A stretch of 63,456 bases of DNA, the filler included, from Hausera hauseri (taxonomy: Eukaryota): assembly GCA_046269625.1 (NCBI GenBank). It is 10 parts of 10 records of this genome, joined end to end, with 100 filler letters (N's around TTAATTAATTAA, not from the genome) between each part and the next. Parts side by side here need not be neighbours in the genome. Positions count along the whole stretch, not along the records: positions 37,550 to 44,132 come from JBJURY010084324.1; positions 44,233 to 48,181 come from JBJURY010864964.1; positions 48,282 to 54,131 come from JBJURY010179861.1; 7 more parts are not named here. One strand, written 5' to 3'. Made by a program: the position numbers and the translations under genes. How positions within the stretch are numbered: the stretch's first letter is position 1; each line of letters begins with the position of its first letter. Shown in pieces: positions 37,639 through 49,056 of the stretch. The notes beneath the pieces are model-generated. The model saw only the letters and a list, made by a program, of their open reading frames with translations. It did no database searches and was not told the DNA's origin.

Positions 37639-40100
37639 TTAGAGCTCATTTATAACTTTTGAATCAGGGTCCATTGAATCCGATAATTTCTTTACGAACT
37701 TCTGTTCCTGAAAACTGAAATTTGGATCGTTTCCCATTTCTATCAATTTGGTATGGAAATTCTGGTCTGACCCGGCCATCCATTCTTTAGATTTGTGTAA
37801 AAACCTTATTTCATCCGTTAACGTGTCTCGGTATCCTGGACAAATGTCCAAGATTTCAATGTCTTGAACAGAAATTTCCTCGATTAATTTCCCTGTCAAG
37901 TATTGTAATCCTTCGAGTCGAACAATCTTTAACCCTGAGTTCACATCGTGAATCATGTTCAGTTTTTCCATAAAGTTCGTCTCTTCGATCAGTTTGTAGA
38001 TTTCCTCCATTATCAATGCTTCTCATTCCTTTTCCACAAATTTTAGTCGTCGTAGCGCTTCAAATTGAGTACGGATGTCTATTTCTATGTGCATTGTGGC
38101 TAAATCATGTGTACTTTCCTCTAGTTGTGTCTTTACCATTGGCTCGCTTTGCGGAAATTCTGTTTTGCGATCTTCTACCAATTTACTTAGTCGTGTTACT
38201 AATTCGGACCATTTCGACAGTTGATTTGCGATTACAGGTTTTGCCACTATGGCTTTATCTAGCATCTTATAGGCATCTTCTACTTATCGTCTGGTCCTTT
38301 TAGGAAACTCATAATTCGACCGACATAACTAAACTCGTCCCTATGCTCGTCCAATTCTACGATACAAGCCTCAATTGTATATTGAGTATCCTCGTTGTTT
38401 GGGAACATAGTTCGATTTCTCAAACTATAAATCTGTGCTCGTGTTTCATTTTCTATTTTATACGACTCTCTAAGTTCGTATATCGTCTAGGTACGGCGAA
38501 CGTGAGTTTAATCATCTCCATTAAGGGAGGAATATCTACTGGGTCTATACCCAATATTTCTAAATCGGTATTACTTCGATGGTTAACAGCTTTTCCTTAA
38601 GTCGTTTAAGCATTGCGTATAGAATTTCGTCCATCATACGTTTTAAATTACGGACTACTCTCTTCAGTTTTTGGTTTTCTTCCAAAGTCGATAATAGCGT
38701 TTGAGCCTTAGTAACTTTTACATCGACACTTTCTTCATTCTTATTTCATCCTTCCGAAAATTCTACTCAGCTTTTAATCCATGATTCCAATTATTGCTTC
38801 CATTTTAACAACGTTTTGGTTGAGACTTCTTCGGGTTGTTCTAAGTCGATTGCTTCCGAAAACTTCACTTCGCTACGCAGTTTCAAAATTTTATATAACT
38901 TCTTAGCGAATTGTTTTTATTTTCCGGATATGTCTACTTGTTCGCTAATCTGCTTGAGATTTTCCCAATTTTGTTGTAATATTTTGGGCTCTAGACATCT
39001 AATTCGCATTTTCTTTAGCTCATCGGCGTTTATCCATGAACGTCGGACTTTCCATTTCTTTGGATAGAAATCGTTACTGTTTGTTGTTTCTTCCTCACTA
39101 GAAGGAAGTGGGCAAATCTCGTTAATTTCATTAATTAACTCTATGGGTTCTGCTACTTCGGCGGGGGTGTGCGGACCAATTTCCGGTATACTCGAACTAT
39201 GCTCCGTGTCGCCTCCTACAACGACGTTTGGGTTTTCCGTTTCTTCATTCTTCTCTCTGGTTATTTTGGAGCGTAAACGGCTTCTACGTTTCTTTTTTAA
39301 TGAAGGACTATTGCCTCTATTTTTCGTAATTTTAAGTATCAGTGGCTCTATAAACTCTTTTTCCGCTGCGTCGTCTTCAGTAAGCTTAGCTTCTTTTTCA
39401 ACTGTAAACTCAGGCTCTGCGTCTAAGTCGACTGTATCGATGTGCCTTGTTTATCAGATGGCTTGTTGCTCGTCGGAACACTCTTCTTCCGTGTCATGTC
39501 CATTCGTTTTGGTGCTATCGTGTGCACGCATTCAGTTTCCGGTCCTACTAAGCCGTGATATACTTCTATTAATCTTAATTTATCGCCGTATTCTCTTCTA
39601 GCCATAAGAATTTGTACGTTAATGGTATCCGGCTGAGCATCTAAGAATTTTCTCAAATCGTGTATAACGATGATAGTGTCTGTATCTCTACGAACACCAT
39701 ACTTTGCTTATAGGTTCTAGTTGATTCTAATCATACTAGTCTTATTCGGTTCGGTAAATGAAACGCTATACGGATTTGTACATGACCTTAAAATATGTCC
39801 TTCTTTGCCACAAGTAAAACAAACCAAATTCCCGTTTCTGCCGACTCTCTGTCGACCGTCTTCGTTCACCCGTGACTTAGATCTATTTATACCCTTATTA
39901 TACTGGTTTGACAAACTGCACATTATCAGTGTTTCTTCTATCGTTATTTCGGTTATCGCCGTTTTGATTCGAGTAGTTAGAACCTTTATAATTTCCTCTA
40001 TTCCTATCCCAGTCTGATCTGTTCGTATTAGTATAATTACTACCTCTGCCATTTCTGTACCCGCCATTATTATATCTGTCCACTTTCCTCACCTCCACCT
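37639..40100 (-). pseudogene. Gag C-terminus with CCHC zinc knuckle followed by a long unknown region; 5' part of the glycoprotein-bearing Gypsy family
   Basis: N/R/G-rich segment then CFTCGKEGHILRSC (CX2CX4HX4C); the peptide at 37639-38016 aligns without gaps to the translation of 54235-54610. Confidence 0.7.
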
Positions 40101-41398
40101 TGACGATAAAATATCCTATTAAACTTGTTTTTAAACATGTCCAGCTATCTGGAATACTGCATTGTTATTAAGCTCCATTATTAATTACATGTCTGTATAT
40201 CAATTTTGTTTATAACAAGTAAGCATGTCAAAAACATTTATTAACGCATAACAAGTGATAAAAGTATTACAAGTGCACCTGTAAGAATACTACATCTAAG
40301 TAATACATTTCTCTGTCTTCTCTTAAATTTTTTCTTAATGTTTCTTATACATATTGTTCCAACTACAAATTCTATATAGTCTTCTTTTGTTATGGGATGA
40401 TACCGTTCTAATTCTTTCAGGAATTGAATTCAATCAATTTTTCCACCACAAATCTCATTTGTAAGTTTCTTAATTTCAGCTCATAAATCCATTTTTCTAT
40501 TTAAACTATGTATTTAACGTTTGTTTATCAAAAAGTCAAAAATAATAATAAGAAAATTTATGAACACAACACTTAACAAAACTTAATTTCAACCATTTTC
40601 CGGATGGATTGACTTTTCCTATCTTTTTCTTTTAATCCTTTGATATACACTTTAACATATGTCATTATGTATTGGTATAGATCCATTGCTTATATATCGG
40701 AGCCCATGAAATCTTTGAATTTTACTGAGTTTGACCCAAAATAATGCTGTCTCTTATCATTTAACTTATCAGGGCTTATTCTAAGTGCTTGTAATTCAGA
40801 AGCCAGTTTTATGTAGTTCTTATCCCTAATGTCCTTGACATGGTATCCAAACTGAGTCTGTCGAATACATACTGGATCCTGTAATTCTACTGTTTTTGCA
40901 CCCTTTAGGAAACTTATTTCGTATCCCATATAGTTTCTTGGAGCCTTCATTTGTGCTATCTTCACTTGAGCAATCTTCTACTCTTGGCTTTTGAACAATT
41001 GATTAGCTGTCATGGGCATCACACGTACCATTTTACCCTATCATCTCCATAAGGATATGTAATATCCAATTGCTCTTTCAGCTTTCTCATGGAATGGATC
41101 AAATATTTAATCTTTCTCTTACAGTTTGGAAAACCTAGAACCTCCTCTACCGCTCGGCCAAGTGATACATCAGTATTTTCAATGTTGCGATTCTAAAAAA
41201 ATGTAGATAAAGACAAGAGAGGAGCACAAAAACTCACCATTCGTGGACGTGAATTTTGAAATAATGAAAATTATAACCATGTCAACGCGTACTATCTTCT
41301 ACGCACAAATCAGATGTGAACAATTTGAATGAACCAATCAGATTTTTCCTATTTTAATGCGCTAAGTCAGTTGGAAAATACCTTTCATTTTTACAAAT

Positions 41399-41889
41399 AT
41401 GCTGAGCAACATCAACTACAGAGGTTTCACTACAGTTTTATTGGATGAATTAAAATTCGGATGTAGACCTAAACAATGTGTTTTACGATACCCCGAATAT
41501 ACGATTATATTCTCTTCCAATGGAAAATGTCAAATAATGGAGCGTAAAAAGCCCATTGATACATGCAGTTTGTCCTACAATGTTTCAATTGTGTGTATAT
41601 AATCAATTACAGTAATATTTAATTTTGTGAACCCATATATCTAAACACATTGGGAAAGAATAATCCAATTCTTTACGAACCAGGATTATTTCCTGCAATT
41701 AGATTAACTTGCTACAATCCTCTATGTGTAAATGTATTTCATACCTGGAAAATTGTTAATACCGGTTTGAAGGATTTAAATTATAGTGATATTGTTAGTT
41801 GTGTTTTAGACAATTTATTATTATCGGCTTATGTCTCTTTTCAAAAAGCAACATGTGTGTATACAACAACTTTATTAACACAACAATAA
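41399..41889 (+). pseudogene. Intronless TATA-binding-protein-like gene (stop plus frameshift near 41600-41650)
   Basis: Two TBP-like repeats: SNINY..TIIFSSNGKCQIM and I*SITV..PIYL..LYEPGLFPAIRL..P...NVFHTWKIVNTGLK (compare TBP YEPELFPGLIY..LIFVSGKVVLTGAK). Confidence 0.7.
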
Positions 41890-41918
41890 CAATCTGTTAT
41901 TGTACCACCTCTACATGA

Positions 41919-42179
41919 TCAATCATGAATATCACCCTCCTCTTTTTCTTCTTCTTCCTCAATAATAGCGATTTCAGTTTCATCATCGCCATACTCACTG
42001 TGTTTGCAATCTTCACAACATTCTTCAAACAATTCAGTATCTTCAGTTTGATTAGCTGCATCCACGTATTCATTTTCTCCATCAAGATCGCATTGAACAC
42101 ATCTACATTTTGAAACATCTTCAGAGGAAGCATTGCCCTCTTTGCTCATATCAGCTGCTAGATTATTAATAAAGTTCAT
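41919..42179 (-). CDS. Small acidic Cys-containing hypothetical protein
   Basis: 86-aa ORF with CRCVQC, CCEDC and an E/D-rich tail, lying between the TBP-like gene and the pPolB remnant. Confidence 0.3.
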   Translation of the reverse strand: MNFINNLAADMSKEGNASSEDVSKCRCVQCDLDGENEYVDAANQTEDTELFEECCEDCKHSEYGDDETEIAIIEEEEEKEEGDIHD

Positions 42180-42279
42180 TATCTAGGTCATATTCTATAT
42201 ATCAAATTTTGTTTATATCCCCGTCGTAAGTGATTCTGTACGTTTGTTTTAATGCATCAATTGCATACATTTTACAGCG

Positions 42280-44132
42280 CCATATTTAAAATTTGAATGA
42301 GGTTTTCATACATGGCAATCAAATGGAGTAATCAGATTATTCCAATAATTTATTCTTGACCTAATATTATAGAAATTTTCAATGTTTTATTCCTTTCGAG
42401 ACACTTGTAAATACTTTACGCCCCATATTTTTGGTATATAAAGGTTTCCAGACATGGTACTATCCGAATAGTACTATTCGAATATTTGAATTTGATCGAG
42501 AAATCGGATTTTTTATTTAAGCCTCTTTTCGAATATCTGGCGTCATATTCGGATTATCCATATACGGTTTTCTATCCATCTACGCTTTTACATTTTTCGA
42601 TTTTTGCTTCGGTTCGAATAGAAAATCAATTACTTGAAAAGTTCAACCTGGATTCGACTTTTAGAACAAGTGACACCTGATTTTGATTCCTCACATGTAG
42701 GTTCCTATCTACATACGCTTGCACATTTTCGATTTGCACTTGCTTGTGTGCTAAAATCAACTTTATATGTTTTATCGGAAAGAAGTTATTATTGATTAAA
42801 GCACACTTGCACATGTATTACACATCTGTAAAGTGTTATATAGATGCATTAAGACATGCGGAATCGACTGGCGCTCTCAGATTTCTCAACAATTTATGCT
42901 TGTCAAGATATTTGATACTATTCGGAAATCTGAGATGAAAGACCAGGGTTACAATATGGAAGTTCTTATCTGTTCCTGCTTAAATAATTGTCGAATTTTA
43001 CTTCCTTAGGGCCTAAAAAACCTATGCCCGTTCTCCTTCAGTTGAAATTGGCACGCACACTATTCGTAAACTATTTGATCGATTTAAATTCTAAGTGCAC
43101 AATGTTGTAGTCAATCAAAAACTCGTTTGAACTGACTCTCCAAATGTGCTAATCGTCAATATTAAAGTTATCGGAAAACCATTTTTATTGACTTTGCACA
43201 ATTGCCCTGTGTACTAATCGATGTGTCTAGACATGCTATATCGATTAGCACTTCGCCGCGATCGATTCGATCAATTGTGCTATGTGCCGAGATCGATTTG
43301 TGAAATGAGCAAAAGTTCTCATAGTAACGGTGCCAAACGGAACCATTGCCTATCACTTTACCGATCGATAATGTTCCATATGCACTATCGATTAGAACAG
43401 TGCATTATCGATTTTGCACTGTGCAGAACCCCAAGGGGGTTGAAGGAGAATCCGCATTTTCCACTACTCATATTTTCAGCCACATTTGCGATATGTTCCA
43501 ATCTCTTCATAAATAAATAATCCGCTCCGGAATCTCTGTACAAAAAAGGAGTCTCATCAAATCCTTTTGCATACATACAAAATAAAGACAGTTAATGCAA
43601 TTGATAAGCTGTTGTATGGGACTGTTGGGAATTTTCATAACATCCATATATTGGTTGTAATACTGAATCAAAGTGAGAATAAATGACTTGGTACTCCGAG
43701 CATTTTTTCATATTCCTTAAGCACTATGTAATTATCTTTGGAAAATCAACCCGTAAACACTCGTTTTCATTTCAATACTATTTGTGTTCTTTTATATACA
43801 TTTGATCAATATCATCATTGAAATGAGTCATGCATCTTTTCCATACTTCAATATTTCCACGGTTATTGGATACTTGTTTTAAGACCAGTCGTAAAAGGTT
43901 TCTGATTTATACGTAATGATTATTGTCCCTTTCGTTTAATAAAAGTAAATCCCTATGATCAGTTTTTTCACATATACATACTTTAAGGGGATAAATTTTC
44001 TTGGAATCAACGGTCACAAAAATATTGATTGACACTAATTTAATTTTTCAGATTTCTCAAAGTCATGAAATAATGGTGGTATGTTGATACACGAGAAATC
44101 ATAGTCATGCTGAAGGCATGTGTATAATTCCT
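42280..44132 (-). pseudogene. Highly degenerate Polinton/Maverick (adintovirus-like) protein-primed DNA polymerase B, N-terminal/exonuclease part
   Basis: Fragments in the expected order across frames: HYV*IRNLLRL, KRCMTHF, YEKMLGVP..FSHFDSVLQPI..C..NS..S.TTAYQLH..FCMY, RFPNSIKYL, AMYENL.HSNFKY. Confidence 0.55.
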
Positions 44133-44770
44133 NNNNNNNNNNNNNNNNNNNNNNNNNNNNNNNNNNNNNNNNNNNNTTAATTAATTAANNNNNNNNNNNN
44201 NNNNNNNNNNNNNNNNNNNNNNNNNNNNNNNNTCGACCTGTTTACCTATAGCACCCCTGCCCCTGGCCGACCACACAACCCACCCGGTAACCCCGAGCCC
44301 CCATCGTGACCCGCTGACCTCGATTCCCCATCGCCCGCCTCGCCTGGTGACCTTGCACCAGGCTTGCACCAGCCTGCACCAGGTTTTTTGTTCTTTGCGC
44401 TATATAAAATTATCGATCCATCAAGGGTAGTGGGGTATAGTTTTTATATAATGCCCCACTACCCAGATGCGACCTATTAGTTACGTGGTATACTACTCAC
44501 GTGAACACAAGCGGACATAAAACGGAGAGAGAAATCACATGGAATAAACAATCACAACTGTCAGCGAACAGTAACATCCGTCGGGACAGTTACTTAAATG
44601 TAGTTTGCTTGACGGACCATTGGGTGCCAAAAATCATCTACTTCGGTTAAATACAAATAGTTAAACGTTTGCATGGTAGCTAGAAGAAGCGTTTTACGGA
44701 AACTACTCAAAGACTTACCGAATGTCTTGGACATACATCCGGACAAAAGGGATGCAGTAAAAATATACCA

Positions 44771-44935
44771 AACCCGAAAAACGCGAAGCAGTAAAACTAG
44801 ACCAAACCCGGATACACAGGAATCAGTTAAACTAGACCAAACCCGTATAAACGGGAAGCAGTAAAACTAAACCAAACCCGGATAAACTTTAAACAATAGA
44901 ACTAAACCAAACCCAGACAAACGGAAGCAGTAAAC
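44771..44935. repeat. ~33-bp degenerate tandem repeat (accaaacccg..aaac.ggaagcagtaaaactag)
   Basis: About 5 units seen directly. Confidence 0.75.
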
Positions 44936-45419
44936 GATAGTAGTAATACATGTATAAAACATGTATCATTTGCCTGCCGCCGTTGCCGCCGTTAATATAG
45001 CGTAAAGAAGAAAAACCCCTGCCGCCGTTAATATAGCGCAAAGAAGAAAAAACCTTTTAGACACCGGCAATGTTTATGACGTCATTCTGTAGCGGTGGAT
45101 CGTTGACCTCGCGAAGCTGTAGGAGTCCATCATCACTAGTGGCCTTCTGATGAAGCGTCAAACCTATAGTGGTGGATCATCATCTTTGTCTATTAATGCC
45201 CAAGACCGGTTGTAGGAGCTCTGCCAGGTCTATATTCCCAGTCAATCAAGCCTTGTAATTATTGTAGCATCCCTCTGTGGAGCATGGGAGCTGTAGTGAT
45301 CGAGCCCTTCTTAGACTGTATTTCATAGTCGAAAGAGAGAAAAAGAGAGACAAACCATCATCACTTCCTAGAAGATTATACAGTGATCAAGACCTTCAGT
45401 GGTAGAGCGTAAGGGTGAA

Positions 45420-45525
45420 AGAGAGACAAACAGACAGACAGACAAACAGACAGAAAGAAAGAGAGACAAACAGAAAGAAAGAGACAACCAGAAAGAAACA
45501 GAGAGAGAGAGAGAAAGAGAAAGAG
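45420..45525. repeat. GA/CAGA microsatellite
   Basis: Seen directly. Confidence 0.85.
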
Positions 45526-45583
45526 CAACTTGCGGTTTAAGTACAAATTTATAAGGGTTTATACGATCACAACATTGACAATT

Positions 45584-46194
45584 ATGGATCCTAGGTGGAA
45601 ACATCCGTTTACTGCCCTTATCGCGGGACCGACCGGCTGCGGTAAGACCGTTTTCGTCCGCGAATTTTTGGCGTATCTTCCAGACATGGTCGTCCCCGTT
45701 CCAGAGGAGGTTATATGGTGCTACGGGGAGTGGCAAGTGACTTATGAAGACATGCAAAATATTCAATTTCACGAAGATCTCCAAGACGTAGAACAATGGC
45801 GAGGGGACAAGAGAAGATTGGTGATTATAGATGACCTAATGTCCAAAACCGACGACCGAGTAACCAAACTTTTTACAAAGGGAAGCTACCATCGGAACCT
45901 TAGTGTCATGTACATTGTTCAAAACCTATTTGAAAAAAATAAGGAACAACGGACCATATCTCTAAACTGGCATTACATCCTTTCTTTTCAAAAATCCCTG
46001 GGATGTTTCGCAAATTACCAATTTGGCCAAACAAATGTACCCGCAGTTCATACCTACAAGAAAGTTTTAAGGAAGCGACCACCAAGCCTCACGGTTATTT
46101 GCTACTCGATCTTCGCCAGGAAACACCTGAACACTTGCGAATACGAAGTTCCATATTTCCCCACGAGAGACCAGTCGTATACGTACCAAAGTAA
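45584..46194 (+). pseudogene. Polinton/Maverick A32-like packaging ATPase, frameshifted
   Basis: HPFT.LIAGPTGCGKT (Walker A), WCYGEWQ, LVIIDDLM (Walker B), LFTKGS.HRNLSV.YIVQNLF, RTISLN; C-terminus (EATTKPHGYLLLDL..TPEHLRIRSSIFP) is in another frame. Confidence 0.9.
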
Positions 46195-46195
46195 C

Positions 46196-46347
46196 ATGGC
46201 AGATAAAATGAAGCGACATGCAGAAATGTTGCGCTTCTTGATCGAGGCGAACCCGGCAGCCTTCAAGGCCGTCTTTAAATCGGCGTCCCCGAACCTTGTT
46301 CCGCGCTTTGTGAGTGTTGCTACAGCGTGTTAAAAGGTAACGTTCCG
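46196..46347 (+). pseudogene. Truncated Polinton small conserved ORF that follows the ATPase
   Basis: MKRHAEML..L..A.P....A..K.A...L...LCECCYSVLKGNVP motif (one frameshift); cut off by a tandem repeat. Confidence 0.6.
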
Positions 46348-46517
46348 CATCTAGTGTCAGTTGACATTATATCACACCTAGTGTCAGTTGACATTATATC
46401 ATATCTAGTGCCAGTTGATATTATATCACTTCTAGTCCAATTGACATTATATCACATCTAGTGCCAGTTGACATTATATCACATCTAGTGCCAGTTGGTA
46501 TTATATCACATCTAGTG
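46348..46517. repeat. 27-bp minisatellite (catctagtgccagttgacattatatca x ~6.3)
   Basis: Head-to-tail units with no spacers. Confidence 0.9.
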
Positions 46518-48281
46518 GAATTAACTTTACCTTGATTCATGATATACATTGACTGGATTAATTTCATCATCTGTTGTCTTTCTTCATGCTGATACTTGAC
46601 TTACGACCCGACTCTATCCATACGGGTTCCATTGTAGACTGTTCCTCTCTACTAAGTTTTAATTTTGAATGGTGTCAGACAATGGTGTCTGGTGTCTCTT
46701 ACCTGCGCACGTAGGGGGAGTTGCAAACGTTTATAGAAGTGAGCAGTTGTTTGTTGTATGGCGCGTAAATTCTGCACCTGTCAAAAGTTGCTGCTCGGAG
46801 ATATGACTCATGTTGACTCGGATATATGACTTAGAGATCATATACATACAGTTACAAGTTCATGCTTTGAAATCAACACGTTCCATTTTTCCGTTCCGTA
46901 ACTTAATAATGTGTCATTAGTCAAAGATAACTGGACATTAACATCACAATCCGAGTCACAATCCGCCCTGTGCTTGTAGGAGTCAGTGGATAACTTCAGT
47001 GTTTACTTTTATAAAAATTCGTGCTTAATTAACGTCGCTATTTGAAAGAACTGAGATCGATCTGTCATCACCATGGAGATTACATTCATAAGTTGTCCTT
47101 TCTTATGAAGAATGCGTCGTGTATTTGTGAATGCTACATGTGTACCATTAATCATAATAATTATTATTTTAGTTTAGTCGAAGGGTCAACATCTTCGCAC
47201 ACGGATATCTGTATCCATAAGTACTCCGCTCTAATCCATTCTGGAGGATCTCAGCTTCCTTGCACCGGCAAGAACCTCGTAGGTCTGGTAGATTTTCCTA
47301 TAATTTTTCGCTAACAGCGGCCATTAGGCCTACTCTTTTTCGATTTCCAACTGCCAAAGAATTTTGAACGTGCATCACAAAGTACACGGACATCCGATCT
47401 CACTACCCGGTGATCAGGGCAATTATCATATTATGTATGTGTTACATTAATTTATTTGTTTCTCAAACACGAATTGACATCAATGTACTCAATGACATGT
47501 TTGAGATCACACATGTAAAAACGCAACAATACATGTTTCGTTTAACTCGTAATATAAAGATTGGCATTCGTTCGTCTTTCATTTATTTCTTCTGTCTGAC
47601 AATATTTAACCTATCTAGATGCCGACCACTTGACCTCCTACAATACTCTTGTTATGTCCGTCCAGACTATTTGCACATCGTCCCACGACAGACAAGAACC
47701 AGTGCTTGTTCTGTTCCCCATTCAGTAGTTCTGTCGCTCTAATTTGTTGAAGGCGAATGATTGTATTATTCCAAATAAAGGGATATTCTTTCGTATTTTC
47801 TTGACATTATGCAACTCCATTTTCTCAATTACATTAACCTTTGCCTGATGTAATCTATGTGCCTCTATATTAGCTAATGTCATTCTTCATTCTCCGATTT
47901 ATTTAATTTTAATCGTATTATTGTCTCCCCAGCCAGACTCGTTCATTTGCTCGCTACTTAAACATTCGTTCGATAAAAGGTATACACGTGGTCAGTGCGC
48001 TCAACTCACGTCGTTCTCGGGTCAAATTTTCATTGTGAAGTTATTTAGTACATTTTTCAAATCTGGCTACGTGATTGTGAATTCCAACAAAGAAGAGCAC
48101 ATACCACACGCGTTTCTTTGTGAAAATAACATACATTTCTACCTTTTTTTTCCCCACCAAAATACAACCGTTCAATTTTACNNNNNNNNNNNNNNNNNNN
48201 NNNNNNNNNNNNNNNNNNNNNNNNNTTAATTAATTAANNNNNNNNNNNNNNNNNNNNNNNNNNNNNNNNNNNNNNNNNNNN

Positions 48282-48560
48282 GTGTCACATCTGCCATCTG
48301 ACGGTATAAGAGTTCCAAGGTATCTGAAGGTAATTTCAAAGGTAATTATTGTGTTTTTATCGCTTTTATTATTACATTGCACAACGGTGGCTCTTTCATC
48401 TTAGAGACTATCATCGTTACTGTTTTGTGTGTGTGTTTTTTTTTGGGTGCTGCATCCATTCTTTTCACGTTCAGTTATTGTAAATCCCCTTTGTTCGTTG
48501 CTATTAGTACGGTGTCGTCTGCATAGCGTAAATTATTTAAATTATATCCACAACTAGGAA
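48282..48560 (-). mobile_element. RTE-clade LINE reverse transcriptase fragment
   Basis: GYNLNNLRYADDTVLIA..LQ then F.YLG.L...DGRC; further RTE-like debris (WNVEIQAAFREK) near 49250-49290. Confidence 0.75.
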
Positions 48561-48929
48561 AGCAAAGATTTGGATCTTGCGGTATTTTGCTTAATAACAT
48601 TAATCTGGCAGCAAAAGCGTCAGAATTGGTGTGGGGGGGGGGGGGGGGGAAGGGGGGGGAGGGGGGGTGGGGACGCCCCCCCCCCCCCCCCCCCCAGAAA
48701 AAAAAACCGACCGTAATATGTATGTATAAGTGATTCCCTTGTCTTAATCTTAGCTCGTGGCAGGCACGCGCTGACACGAGTTTGCAGAAAAGTAAGAACT
48801 CACTATGCGGCAACGTCGTTTCATTGTACTAATCAGGACTGTGCTTGTTTTAATTTCGTGCACGAAGTTGGGATTTTTGGCCTATTTTTCCCAACCTCTG
48901 CATCTTGCAGTAGCACTTCTTGTCACATG

Positions 48930-49056
48930 GTAAGGGTGTCGATTTTTAGCTGTCGTCGACCCATAAATTTTCTTAATGGAACTATCGACCCCTAGAAAGT
49001 TAAAATCGACCCCTGGGGGTCGATATCGACCACTTTGGGAATGACTGAGCTAGAAC
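48930..49056 (-). mobile_element. hAT-Charlie-like terminal fragment
   Basis: Reverse complement begins CAGTCATTCCCAAAGTGGTCGATATCGACCCC, with repeated TCGACCC subterminal motifs. Confidence 0.5.

Noticed and set aside
39143-39601. 152-aa Ser/Phe/Leu-rich plus-strand ORF
   Set aside because: Antisense shadow of the Glu/Lys-rich minus-strand retroelement frame
44771-44935. 33-bp repeats as a CRISPR array
   Set aside because: Degenerate contiguous units without spacers
46348-46517. 27-bp repeats as a CRISPR array
   Set aside because: Head-to-tail units with no unique spacers, no cas genes, eukaryotic context
48625-48710. Long G and C homopolymer hairpin
   Set aside because: Probably low-quality sequence or a decayed MITE; structure cannot be supported
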